This document shows, in pieces, positions 26,391 through 36,025 of a DNA stretch of 38,508 nt. This DNA is from Blastocatellia bacterium (GTDB lineage: Bacteria; Acidobacteriota; Blastocatellia; UBA7656): assembly GCA_023265195.1 (NCBI GenBank), contig JAHFUG010000003.1, positions 10,210 through 48,717 of the forward strand, in the 5' to 3' direction. Numbering within the stretch: position 1 is the stretch's first letter; every line of letters starts with the position of its first letter. Below the pieces are notes generated by a model. The model was given only the letters and a program-made list of their open reading frames with translations, was not told the origin of the DNA and searched no databases. The position numbers and the translations under genes were made by a program.

Positions 26391-27116
26391 TCAGGCGGCC
26401 ATGTCCAACTCAATCAAGGTAGTCGTGTAGTTCCACGGCATCCAGCGGGCGGGTGCTCGCGCCAGTTCAGCGCCGTGTCCCGGCAGTTGGGTAAGATAAT
26501 CGAAAGGGTTGGCGCCGCTTAACTCGGCCGTGTAGATCAGGCTCATGAACAAATCGCCAACGGGCGCTCCGTTTTTCGTTCGGTAGAATAACGAGTTTTT
26601 GCGATGCAAGACCGCTTTCTTCAACGCACGTTCGCAGAGGTTATTGTCAATGGGGGCTCCGGGGCGCCGGAGAAAGAGGGTCAACTTGCGCCAAGTGGTT
26701 GAGCAGATATTGAATGGCCTTGCCCAGGCCGGAGTTGGGCTCTAACCTCGCGCTCAAGGAACTGCTGGCGGCGCCAGGCGTTCAACTGATCCATCAACGG
26801 ACTGCTGTGCTGCCGGTGGAAGCGCGGCCGCTGATCAGGATCACGCTGCTGGCGCGCCAATGAATCATAATGAAAGACCTCTCCCAGTGTTTCCAGCACG
26901 TAACGGCACTGGCCGGGAAAGCTGTTCACCACGTCGACGAAGTGGCGACGGCCATGCGCCAGGCAGTTGGCCGGGATGACTGGTAGCGAGCCGGGAGCGT
27001 CGCGAGAAAGCGCGTCACGCATCTGAATAGGCGGCTCCATGTCCTGGGCGCGCTGCTTTAGCACGTCCATCAGATTCTCGCCCGCGCATGCTGACGGCCG
27101 GTAAAGAACAGCGCAC
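26391..27116 (-). mobile_element. IS66-family transposase (TnpC) 3' remnant, frameshifted
   Basis: LFFTGRQHAGENL, CLAHGRRHF, PIDNNLCERALK, NPFDYL and WMPWNY; frameshift near 26700-26750; the 5' part and tnpA/tnpB are missing. Confidence 0.88.
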
Positions 27117-27201
27117 TAGCTTGAGTTGCTGAGAAACTCTTACCGCTGTGTTTTGGCTGTAGTTGCCTGTTCCGCCCTCTAACGCGACTTTGACGGCGCA
27201 T

Positions 27202-30030
27202 TTAGCGTTGTTTGGTTCGTTTGCCCGCGCGTGATCGCGCACGGCGTAGCGCGTCGACAACTCCCACCTCTTCGGTCTCGAGCGTCGGCGTTGCTTCTGG
27301 GCGTTTTGATGGCGTTTCTTCTTTTCGAGGCTGGCTAAGCGCGCTCTCTTCGTTTGGAGCAGCCTTGCGCTTCAAGGCGAAACGGAACCTCGGCGCGCGA
27401 GCCGGCGCAGCTTCGCGTGAGGCGATACTCTCTCGTTTAATCATCGGGAGACGAAGGTTGGACAATCCGGTTCGGGTCAGGCTAACCAATCCGGTGCGGC
27501 GTTCGATGACTTCGAGCAGAAATAGCAGCACAGCCAGCGTCAGAAGCCAGGGTGATGTCTCGGCCATTCGAGCCTGATCGGGCATGTCCTTCCATAAGCC
27601 CGCGAGGTTTGTTCTCTCCTTGCCGTTTGTTGCGCGAGCTATGCGATCTAGCGCCGACAATCCTTCATCGGCCTCGACCGGCTTGAACTCGGGCGCGTAT
27701 GGCAAACAAACCGGCGACAGCGTCAGCCTTCCCGCGCCTGCCGCTTCCACCGTCGAAAGCAGCGTCTCACCTCCACGCAACGGGATTTCAGCTTCTAGCG
27801 TGTCGGCCGAGGTCCAATGGAAGTCGAGCTTATCTACGGCGGGCGCCGACCCCGGCAGACCATGCAGAGCAGTGAGCGTCGGAGGATCGGAGAACGGTTC
27901 GGCGGCCCTTTCGGGATCGAGATGAACCGTGACGACGGCGGCGCCGTTCTTAACCTCCTGAGTCACCAGCATTCCTCCGGCAAGCGTATTGACGCCGCCT
28001 GCCGACCAGCGCGCGAGACTCGTAAACAATTCGCCAACCTGGCTCCATTTGGCTATCGGTCCGCTGTAGGCCCCGTCAGCTTCTCCGGCATAGCAGAGCA
28101 CCCGTCCCGCGCCCGCTTGCCACGAAGCGATCATTGGCGCCGTGTACTCATCCAGCGTCACTGCCCCTTCATTGGCGCCGGGCCGAACATAGCAAAGATT
28201 GTAACCACCGACCGCGGGCGGCGATTCGAACTGCTTACCGGTCATGCCGATCAAGCCGCCGGTGAATTTGATCGCGGTGGGCTCGTCTACGAAGGTGCTG
28301 CGGGCAACGACGATGGTGTCTTGCGCAAAGAGCCGCGGAAGTTCTTCGGGATTGTCCGTGAAGAAGCAGCGGCCTCCGCCCCGCCGCGCTATGTCGCGAA
28401 GCAGTTCCGCGTCCTTATCCGACGTTTTGCCGAGCCCGACTACGCTTACGGTTATGCCTGCTTGCTGGCACTTCGCGATCAATTCCTCGTACTGGCCAGG
28501 TTCTTCGGAATCGGCTGCGTCCGCGAATAGGATGATGTGGCGAGTTCCGGCCTTGGCGTCCAGCATCATGCGAGCCGAAGCGGCGAGCGCTTCGTAGATA
28601 AATATTCCGCCTCCGCCCGCGTCTACTCTCAGAATATCGCCGCGAACTCGGGCGGCGTCGGAGACCGGCGCGAGATCGGCTATGATGTGAGGCGCGCTGT
28701 CGACGGCGATAACTCCAAACTCATCGGCAGGGCTCATCATGTCGAGCACTTGAACCGCGGCGAGGTCAGCTAGATCCATCTTGGTCTTGCCTCCCCCGGC
28801 GCTCATGGCCATACTGCCGGATCGGTCCATCGCCACGACTATAGCCATCGCAAGCTTGCGGTGCTCCTGTCTCAACTCCATCGATACCGGCATGATCGGC
28901 TCGAGCGCCGAACGGAAATAGCCGCCAGGGCCGTAGGCGTTCTTGCCGCCGGTCATCATCAATCCCGATCCAGTTTCTTTCACCCACGCGGCGATGTTTT
29001 CCATCCCTCGCGAGCCGAGTTTTTCAGCCGGAATGTTTTCGATCAACACCGCTGAATATTTCGATAATTCGTCCAGCGGCCAGTTGACCGACTCGGGCCG
29101 AGCCGAGATTACTTTTAATCCTCCCGCGGCTAAAAGACGGACCAGGCCGGAGTCCGGGGACGCGCTAACGCAGAGAACAGGTTTGGGTCCTTCGATGCCG
29201 ACCAGAAGCTTGGCCGCGTTGTTCTCGGGAAGAGGATCGTCTCCGGCGTTGACTCGTAGCGTGTAGGAATAGGCTCCGGGCTCGCCCGCCTGATCGCGAA
29301 ACGTCAATCGGTTCAAGCCCGCGGTCAACATCGTCTTGCCCGCGGCCAATCGTTGGCCTCCGCGTTGCAGTTCTACGGAAGCCTCTTGCTGGATTGGCGA
29401 GCGAACCCAGGCAGTGATGATGAAGGACTCACCGGGACTGACGGTGTTCGGCGAATCGACTTGAGCGATCGCCAGGTCGCCCGCCGTCGAGCGTTGAGTA
29501 GACCGGTAATCAACGGCGACTCCACGCGCGGCGCATCGGGCCGCGGAAGCAGCCGGGTCTCGGCCCGTCCATCGCCCATCGGAGAGGACGAGGATTCTTC
29601 CGGGCGATCCGCGAGGTATCATCGCGAGCGCCTTGTCGATTGCATCCGCGAGGTTGGACTCGTCTCGGCCGACGTCGTTGACGAAGCCGGGGAATTCTCC
29701 GGGCTGCGGAGGCTGTTCGATGGCCGCGGTCCTGCCGAACGAAACAACTCCGAGCCGCTGGCCGCTGCCAATCGCGCCGTGGAGCAAGCCGATGGCTTCC
29801 TTGTGTGAGGCGTCACTGCCGTTGGGCATCGAATCGCTTCGGTCGGCGACTACCACCAGGGTTCCCGCGCGGCTCGGCAGTTTGATTGCGAGCCCCGCCA
29901 TGCCGAGCAACGCCAGCGCGAGCGAAGCGATCCGCAGATTGCGCAACAGCGGCGATGGCATTCGCCATGCCCACAGAGCCGCTCCGAGCGGAATGGCCAG
30001 CAGCAACCAGATTGGATTATGAAGGAACAT
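27202..30030 (-). CDS. Large membrane protein with two VWA domains and a GATase1-like region
   Basis: MIDAS DRSDS and DRSGS, LSDGR, GLMMTGGKNAYGPGGY, LEPIMPV, W..GAGRV; N- and C-terminal TM segments. Confidence 0.85.
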   Translation of the reverse strand: MFLHNPIWLLLAIPLGAALWAWRMPSPLLRNLRIASLALALLGMAGLAIKLPSRAGTLVVVADRSDSMPNGSDASHKEAIGLLHGAIGSGQRLGVVSFGRTAAIEQPPQPGEFPGFVNDVGRDESNLADAIDKALAMIPRGSPGRILVLSDGRWTGRDPAASAARCAARGVAVDYRSTQRSTAGDLAIAQVDSPNTVSPGESFIITAWVRSPIQQEASVELQRGGQRLAAGKTMLTAGLNRLTFRDQAGEPGAYSYTLRVNAGDDPLPENNAAKLLVGIEGPKPVLCVSASPDSGLVRLLAAGGLKVISARPESVNWPLDELSKYSAVLIENIPAEKLGSRGMENIAAWVKETGSGLMMTGGKNAYGPGGYFRSALEPIMPVSMELRQEHRKLAMAIVVAMDRSGSMAMSAGGGKTKMDLADLAAVQVLDMMSPADEFGVIAVDSAPHIIADLAPVSDAARVRGDILRVDAGGGGIFIYEALAASARMMLDAKAGTRHIILFADAADSEEPGQYEELIAKCQQAGITVSVVGLGKTSDKDAELLRDIARRGGGRCFFTDNPEELPRLFAQDTIVVARSTFVDEPTAIKFTGGLIGMTGKQFESPPAVGGYNLCYVRPGANEGAVTLDEYTAPMIASWQAGAGRVLCYAGEADGAYSGPIAKWSQVGELFTSLARWSAGGVNTLAGGMLVTQEVKNGAAVVTVHLDPERAAEPFSDPPTLTALHGLPGSAPAVDKLDFHWTSADTLEAEIPLRGGETLLSTVEAAGAGRLTLSPVCLPYAPEFKPVEADEGLSALDRIARATNGKERTNLAGLWKDMPDQARMAETSPWLLTLAVLLFLLEVIERRTGLVSLTRTGLSNLRLPMIKRESIASREAAPARAPRFRFALKRKAAPNEESALSQPRKEETPSKRPEATPTLETEEVGVVDALRRARSRAGKRTKQR

Positions 30031-30057
30031 CGTGTTGAACTAGCGGCTGCTACTTGA

Positions 30058-30224
30058 GCAGACGTAAAAGAAATAAGTTCCATTTGTCGAGGGAGTTCAC
30101 CGCAGAGCCGCGGAGACCGCGGAGAGGGACGCAGAGGGGAGTTTACTCTCCGCGGCTCTCTCAGCGATCTGTGCGTCTCCGCGGTGAAGTCCTCACTTCA
30201 CCGGCGGTACTCATCTCGTGCTGG
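30058..30224. mobile_element. MITE family B, copy lacking the right end
   Basis: Collinear with the 20814 copy up to CTCGTGC; followed by REP-like hairpin GGGCGGGCACGGAGACCCGCCCGTAC (30243-30268). Confidence 0.8.
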
Positions 30225-30311
30225 CCCGCGGCGCATCAAGAGGGGCGGGCACGGAGACCCGCCCGTACATTCATCCAAAAGCGCGCGCAAACAACACCCA
30301 TTTAGCAGGCG

Positions 30312-32096
30312 TCAATTTGATCCGCGCAGGCGCACCGCGCCGCCGCGAGACGCGAGAACCAAGTGCGCCGCAAGCACGATCAAAGCGAGTAGCACCAGGA
30401 CCCATGCAATGCTTCGTTGTTGAATGTCCTGGACGCCGGCGTTCCAACCGTCCCAACTTCCCGATGCGCACTTCGTCAAATCCGATTCCTGCCGCGACAG
30501 CGCATTAGCCGCGAAGTTGTACTTAACGCCTCCAGCCGTCACTTCGTAGACACCCCAGGTTTCGGCCTTGATCGCAAGCGACTGGCCGCCGGCGGGGACT
30601 TCGGAAGCGGCTCCGTTCGGGGGCTGGATGTTGATCGTCCTTACGCCTTCTCTCACGGTAAGCACCGCCGATGAGCCGAGACGAACGTTGGCTTGTTTGA
30701 AGCCCGGCGCCTGAGACGCGCGCCAGTCGATTAAGTTCCAGATCAGGACCGGCCACGCTGGGGTGTCCTGAAGCGTCGACAGATCCGGCTTCAAACGCCA
30801 CCTGAGATTGTGCGAGCCCGCGCGTTCGACGTCGGTCAGCAACGCGACGTCGCCGGCCGTAATGATCGGTCTTCCGGCCGACGGCGTCCGGCCGGCCGCC
30901 CATACGACTCCATCAAGCGAAAGCCCCTCCGCCAGCGGATGCCCACGATCGATCACGAACGGCCCGGCATAGCTCACTGCGTCATGCTCGGCTATGAATT
31001 GAACCGTCCACGTCTCGGATCCGCGCTCCGTGATCTGCTCGTCATCGGCGAAGACAAGTTCGGCGCTCCGTGAGTTCAACTCCGCGATCCCGGCGGCCAG
31101 CAAGGCTTTTTCAACTGACGCTTTCAGCTTCTCGTCACCTATGCGTAACTCGACGCGAACATGCTTTCGCGATTGGGGCAGCAACACCGCCACGTTGTCA
31201 ATCGCAAGCGCGTCGTCGGCTATTCGCGCGCGCATTGGTCCGGCTCCGGGTTTCAGGTTGAAGACCACGCGGTTGCCGGCATTGGGTGCGAGATCGAGAT
31301 CATAGGCCGCAAGTTGACGAGCCTGCGTAGCGGCCAGGTCAGCATAATCTTCGACAACGAGTGTCGCCTTAGCAGCCTCGCGAGATAGATTCACTATCTC
31401 GATCATGCATCTCTCACCGGCGTCGTTAGCGGTTCGAGTCGCGTTCACAATTGCAACGTTCGAGCTGTCTTTTCCAAAGGCGAGCCATCGCAAGCGGGTG
31501 TTCGCCTCGGCATCCGCTAGATGAGATTGCGGGTGGTCGGTCAACACCAAAACTCGGCCACGGCTTCCAGCAAGCGCGAAAGCAAAGGCGATTGCTTCTT
31601 CAAGATTCGCCGACGGCTCGGGGCAGTTCCATCTAGCAAGCAGTGGTCTGATTTGTGCGGGCCGGCCGCCGGCTTCACCGAGCAGTGAAGGCTTCTCACC
31701 GGCCAACACGATTTTGACGGAATCATAACCGCCGCTCTCCAACTCTTCTTCGGCGGCCGCCGCGGCCCTGTTCCTCGGTGAATCGGCGCGGCCGGCAAGC
31801 ATCGAGAACGAGTCATCAAGAACGATGGTCAGAACTCCACCCTCGGCTCGAGCGTTGACCATAGGGCCTGCCGCCGCCAAGGTCAGCAACAAGATCGCGA
31901 GAAGCTCGAGAAAAAAAGTCAGTGGAGTCCGCAGCCGATCGAGAACAAGCCCGCCTTCCTTTGGCTTACCCTCGTCAGCCCACAGCATCAAGCTGGAGAC
32001 AACCTGGCGGCGATGTTTGTTGCGTAGCCAGTAGACGGCGACAAGCGCCGGAACAGCTAGCAGACCGAAGAGCGCGATTGGAAAAGCAAGAGTCAT
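30312..32096 (-). CDS. BatA-domain / VWA membrane protein
   Basis: MTLAFPIALFGLLAVPALVAVYWL...VSSLMLW...LAAAGP (BatA), then IVLDDSFSM (MIDAS) and VLTD; C-terminal TM. Confidence 0.88.
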   Translation of the reverse strand: MTLAFPIALFGLLAVPALVAVYWLRNKHRRQVVSSLMLWADEGKPKEGGLVLDRLRTPLTFFLELLAILLLTLAAAGPMVNARAEGGVLTIVLDDSFSMLAGRADSPRNRAAAAAEEELESGGYDSVKIVLAGEKPSLLGEAGGRPAQIRPLLARWNCPEPSANLEEAIAFAFALAGSRGRVLVLTDHPQSHLADAEANTRLRWLAFGKDSSNVAIVNATRTANDAGERCMIEIVNLSREAAKATLVVEDYADLAATQARQLAAYDLDLAPNAGNRVVFNLKPGAGPMRARIADDALAIDNVAVLLPQSRKHVRVELRIGDEKLKASVEKALLAAGIAELNSRSAELVFADDEQITERGSETWTVQFIAEHDAVSYAGPFVIDRGHPLAEGLSLDGVVWAAGRTPSAGRPIITAGDVALLTDVERAGSHNLRWRLKPDLSTLQDTPAWPVLIWNLIDWRASQAPGFKQANVRLGSSAVLTVREGVRTINIQPPNGAASEVPAGGQSLAIKAETWGVYEVTAGGVKYNFAANALSRQESDLTKCASGSWDGWNAGVQDIQQRSIAWVLVLLALIVLAAHLVLASRGGAVRLRGSN

Positions 32097-32166
32097 CCGA
32101 GAGCCCGTAGATTTCGCCTTCCGATTTGACCGCGCGCCGCTGGAGCTTTGCATTGCTCCCGACCCT

Positions 32167-32389
32167 GCAGTTGGGGGATCGTTCAATACCAGCCTGCTAG
32201 CGGCGCTGGGCCATCAACGAATCTCCAAGGCGATCCGAGCCCTTGTTAGCGTGCCCACGAACGCTCGCGCGTTGGATAGGCTGCATATGAACCATCCACC
32301 AGCTCCGTTGGGGGTATTTCAAGAAAAAGCCGCGGTGCGCCGTCTGTAGCGAGCGAATGAACGTATCCCCCAACTGCGTTGGGGGTATT
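32167..32389. repeat. REP-like cluster, family E (one truncated unit plus two inverted units)
   Basis: GCAGTTGGGGGATCGTTCA, TGAACCATCCACCAGCTCCGTTGGGGGTATT and TGAACGTATCCCCCAACTGCGTTGGGGGTATT; related to 35549-35914. Confidence 0.75.
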
Positions 32390-32641
32390 CTCGGGTCTCG
32401 AGATCTTTCTCTAGCGAGCAACACGGAATTAGGACACTACTGGATGGCTAGCCTGATTGACAAGAATGATGTAATGAGCAACTAGAGCGGCTATGTAGTA
32501 GGCATCTCGATTACAAGGGTGGCTTTTTATGACTATTATGGATCCAGAGGGCGCGGGCGCCAACGGAACTCGTACCTTCTGGACGATTATCAGCGCAAAT
32601 CGGCGGTCATTCCGGAAGGCGGGCGCGCGGGTGCGATAGAA

Positions 32642-33244
32642 TCAAACTAAGCGAAGGCCTGGTTTTACATACAGAGCGTGGCAGTCCGGGCACACGCTAT
32701 GGCTGAACTTGACGTCCGCGTGCTTAGCCACATAGCTCTCGACTTGCTGCCAGTAATTCTGATCGTCTCGAATCTTCTTGCAGTAGGAACAAATGGGAAG
32801 CATACCCTGGAGTTGCGATACCCGCGACAGCGCGTTCTCCAACTCCATCACGCGGTCACGCGATCTTCTCTCCAGAGCGATGACTCGCTCTCCAACTCGC
32901 ACGCGAGCCCGAAGCTCGTTGTGATCGAAAGGCTTGACAACGTAGTCGTCGGCGCCGGCCTTTAGACCCTCGACTATATCCACGCGCCGCCCCTTCGCCG
33001 TGAGCAAGATGATGTATAGCGGTGCGCAACGGCCTTCATTGCGAGTCTTTCTGATGACCTCGACGCCGTCCATGCCCGGCATTACCCAGTTGAGAATCGC
33101 GAGCATCGGGACGTCGGTAGTCGCCAGCGTTTTCCACGCTTCGAGGCCGTCGCAGCAAAGAACGACTTCCCAGCGAGGATCCTGTACGGTCGCTCCCACC
33201 AGCCGCCTGATTACCGGATTGTCGTCGGCAATGAGGATACGCAT
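32642..33244 (-). CDS. Response regulator with C-terminal Cys/His domain; phospho-acceptor Asp replaced by Asn
   Basis: MRILIADD, AILNWVMPGMDG, LLTA, GADDYVVKPF; tail LPICSYCKKIRDD..YW...FSHSVCPDC. Alternative ATG at 33274. Confidence 0.85.
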   Translation of the reverse strand: MRILIADDNPVIRRLVGATVQDPRWEVVLCCDGLEAWKTLATTDVPMLAILNWVMPGMDGVEVIRKTRNEGRCAPLYIILLTAKGRRVDIVEGLKAGADDYVVKPFDHNELRARVRVGERVIALERRSRDRVMELENALSRVSQLQGMLPICSYCKKIRDDQNYWQQVESYVAKHADVKFSHSVCPDCHALYVKPGLRLV

Positions 33245-33379
33245 TGAAGAACTTGCTGTTACCGGCGCGAACATATTGTTGTTTCCGCGGAAGCAGTCAT
33301 TCGCACGATTGAATCGCGGGCGGCTTGGACCGGCGCAGACCGGCAAACTAGCCAAGGGCTACCGCCCTTCCTATCCCAA

Positions 33380-33563
33380 GTGCGGAATGCCGGATCACGC
33401 GGTGGTCCACGGGGGAAACGCGAACAGAATTCTCGTAACGATCGGCATAAGCGACTAGGCTTTTTCGCAGACTGCGCTGCGAAAAAAATGGCCCTTCGGG
33501 CAACCGATTATACCGCGCAGTCCGCGAAAAAGCGCGATCAGCTTTCAGCCGTCAGCGCTCAGC
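33380..33563. repeat. Composite repeat junction
   Basis: Family C copy at 33401-33458, inverted repeat GCTTTTTCGCAGACTGCGC / GCGCAGTCCGCGAAAAAGC (33459-33533), and 4 x NNTCAGC heptamers (33536-33563). Confidence 0.75.
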
Positions 33564-33682
33564 TTTTGGATTAGTCCGGTGAGCATGCGTTTTGAGCTCG
33601 ACGACGCGGTAAGCCGTTTGCTCATAGGCTTTTATATTTAGGAACCAACTTGTTGTCGTTCTTATTTCCATAAGCGGCTAAT

Positions 33683-34090
33683 TTAGTCACAAAAGCCTCC
33701 TTCAAGCTCGAGCGCGGCTCTGACGTTCTCGAATTCGACTTCGATTCTCGCAGCCAGTTCCGCCGCCCCCGCTGTCCCTGTCGAATACTCCAGCAACGCG
33801 CAAAGGGCCGCCAGGGCATTGGCGCCGAGATTGGCGCTGCTGCCTCTCAATGCGTGTGCGGCTCTTCTGATTTGCGCGGGATCGCCGATCGCGACGGTCC
33901 GGTTGATCTCGAACAGCCGGGCGGTGGAATCCTCGAGATAGATGCTTATCAATTCGCTGACTATGTTCGGATCCCCTTCACACTGTAGTGCTCGAATCGA
34001 ATCCCAAACCGAGCGGTCGAGCGAGCTCGACGCCTCCGATCCGCAATCGAGAGGCGGGGAGGCGTCGCTCGTGGCCGTCAATCGCTGCAT
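33683..34090 (-). CDS. Hpt (histidine phosphotransfer) domain protein
   Basis: AAHALRGSSANLGA motif; GAAGGAG RBS. Confidence 0.88.
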   Translation of the reverse strand: MQRLTATSDASPPLDCGSEASSSLDRSVWDSIRALQCEGDPNIVSELISIYLEDSTARLFEINRTVAIGDPAQIRRAAHALRGSSANLGANALAALCALLEYSTGTAGAAELAARIEVEFENVRAALELEGGFCD

Positions 34091-34174
34091 GACAATCTCC
34101 TTCGATGGCCCAAGGTAAACGCCATTGATGGCTGGCGGCGGAGCCTGGGCCGTTTCGCAATCCTCGATTCACCT

Positions 34175-35547
34175 CTATTGGGCGGAGCCAACTGGTATGC
34201 TCCGCTCGGGGTCGAGGGCGTTCCGCACTCGGTAGAATTCAGCTTCGAGGCTGGAGGCGAGCGGTAAGGGTTCCTGGGGTCCGGCCCTGCCTATCAACCG
34301 GCGTTCGATCCCGCCGCATATCTCGGACATGGCTCCGGCGCCGAGGCAGGCGCAACTGCTCTTCAAAGTGTGCGCGAGCCGTCTGATCTCTTCCCGTGCG
34401 CCGTTCTCGACGGCGCGCCTTAGAGCGGACACATTGATTGGAGCGTCTACGAGGAAGCGGTCGACAATTTCTTCCACGATGTCGCCCCCGTCCTTACTTT
34501 GTATGTCGCGGAGGGAAGCAAGGGCCGTCTTGTTTATCGCGCCCGGAGTCTCCGCCGCCCGATTCTTCGGACCGCTGGACCCGGCGCGTTCGAGAGCCGC
34601 CTGCCGCGCCCCTGTCTGTACCGGCTTTGAAATGTAGTCGTCCATCCCCGCCTGAAGGCGTTCCTCGCGGCCGCTTTGCATCGCATTGGCGGTCATGGCG
34701 ACGATGATCGGGCGCGCTTCTCTTGGCCACCGGCGGCAAATCTCGCGCGACGCCGCGAGACCGTCCATATCGCGCATTTGTATGTCCATAGGAACGACGT
34801 CGTGGGGCTGCCGCTCGAGCGCTTGGATCGCCTCGATCCCATTGCCCGCTATATCAACGCGGTAGCCGAGCCGCTCCAACATCTTCGTGGCGGCCTTCTG
34901 ATTCACGACGTTGTCCTCTGCAAGTACTATGCGAAGAGGCAGCCGCTCGGCGAGGTGGGGATCGAACTGGCCCTTGGCCGCCGGTTCTTTCGGCGCCGGC
35001 ACTTGCTCGAGGAACAATTGGATTAACACGTCATAGAGTTGGGACGGCTTGACTGGTTTCGTTAGAAATGCGGCAAACTCAGGTTCATTCGTTCCGGACG
35101 GAGCCGCGCTCCGCCAGCGGAGGGACGTCAGCATGACGAGTGGAAGCTGTTTCGGACCGCGATATCTCTGAATCTCATTCGCGAGGGTAAGACCGTCCAT
35201 TTCCGGCATGTCCATGTCCAGGATGGCCACGTCAAAAGGGTCCCCGTTTGTGACCCATTCGAGGGCAGTGATTCCACCCCTCGCAAGCCCGTGGCGACCC
35301 CACGATCCCGTTTGCAGATTCAATATCCTTCGATTCGTGGCGTTGTCATCGACAATCAGCACGCGCCGCCCCTTCAGTTGAGGTTGCGCTCCGCGCAAGT
35401 ACAAGCGGGCGGGACTCGGCGCGGCCTGCGCCACGATGTTGAAGTTGAATGAGGAACCCGAGCCAACTTCGTTGTCGACGGTCATTGTCCATCCCATCAT
35501 TTCACACAGCCGGTTGCTGATAGCCAGCCCAAGCCCCGTCCCTCCCC
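34175..35547 (-). pseudogene. 5'-truncated hybrid histidine kinase (HATPase tail, REC, REC, Hpt)
   Basis: Homology starts at G2 box GGTGLGLAIS; VLIVDD/ILDMDMP and LAEDN/MDIQM receivers; AHTLKSS Hpt; sensor and HisKA domains absent; several eroded motifs. Confidence 0.85.
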
Positions 35548-35548
35548 A

Positions 35549-35914
35549 AATCCCCCACACGGCAGTGTGGGGATAGTTCAGGCTCAACCTACAAGAACGC
35601 CGCCTTCTTCCGCTTCCCAAACCCCCCATACGGCAGTGTGGGGATAGTTCAAGCTTCGCGTACAAATGGAGGGCCGGCCTTCCCTGTTCCCTTCTCCCCA
35701 AGGGCGCGTGAAAGGGCTTTCCACAGCGAAGGCTAAGCTTGAACCATCCACCCACTGCCGTGGGTGGGATTAGGGAAGGGGAGCAAGGCCGCCGTTTGTG
35801 TTGGCTATGCTTGAACCATCCACCCACTGCCGTGGGTGGGATTAGGGAAGGGAACAAGGCCGCTGTTTGTGTAGGCTATGCTTGAACCATCCACCCACTG
35901 CCGTGGGTGGGATT
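35549..35914. repeat. REP-like cluster, family E (two units plus three inverted units, ~71-bp period)
   Basis: CCCCAYACGGCAGTGTGGGGATAGTTCA x2, then GCTTGAACCATCCACCCACTGCCGTGGGTGGGATT x3. Confidence 0.9.
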
Positions 35915-36025
35915 TCGCGAAGCGCTGCATCTCCGTGCGGCCGCCGGTTGAGAATCGAGCGGCCTTCTGATAAAAGTTGAGCCGCCACCACCGGAACGTT
36001 CAGAGCGAGTTTGGCGAAGGGTCCG

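Noticed and set aside
239-31819. Many long antisense ORFs (for example 2487-3284, 7692-8414, 12737-13462, 27817-28530)
   Set aside because: Shadow frames of well-supported genes, expected in GC-rich DNA.
32420-32440. Possible IS end CACGGAATTAGGACACTAC
   Set aside because: No partner inverted end or transposase could be found in the window.
34175-35857. Intact 560-aa gene as in the ORF track
   Set aside because: The first ~100 codons are translated repeats; kinase homology starts only near 35547.
35731-35914. CRISPR array (three identical 35-bp palindromic cores spaced by about 36 bp)
   Set aside because: The two spacers are nearly identical, inverted related units lie next to it, and no cas genes are present. 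It is a REP-like tandem cluster.
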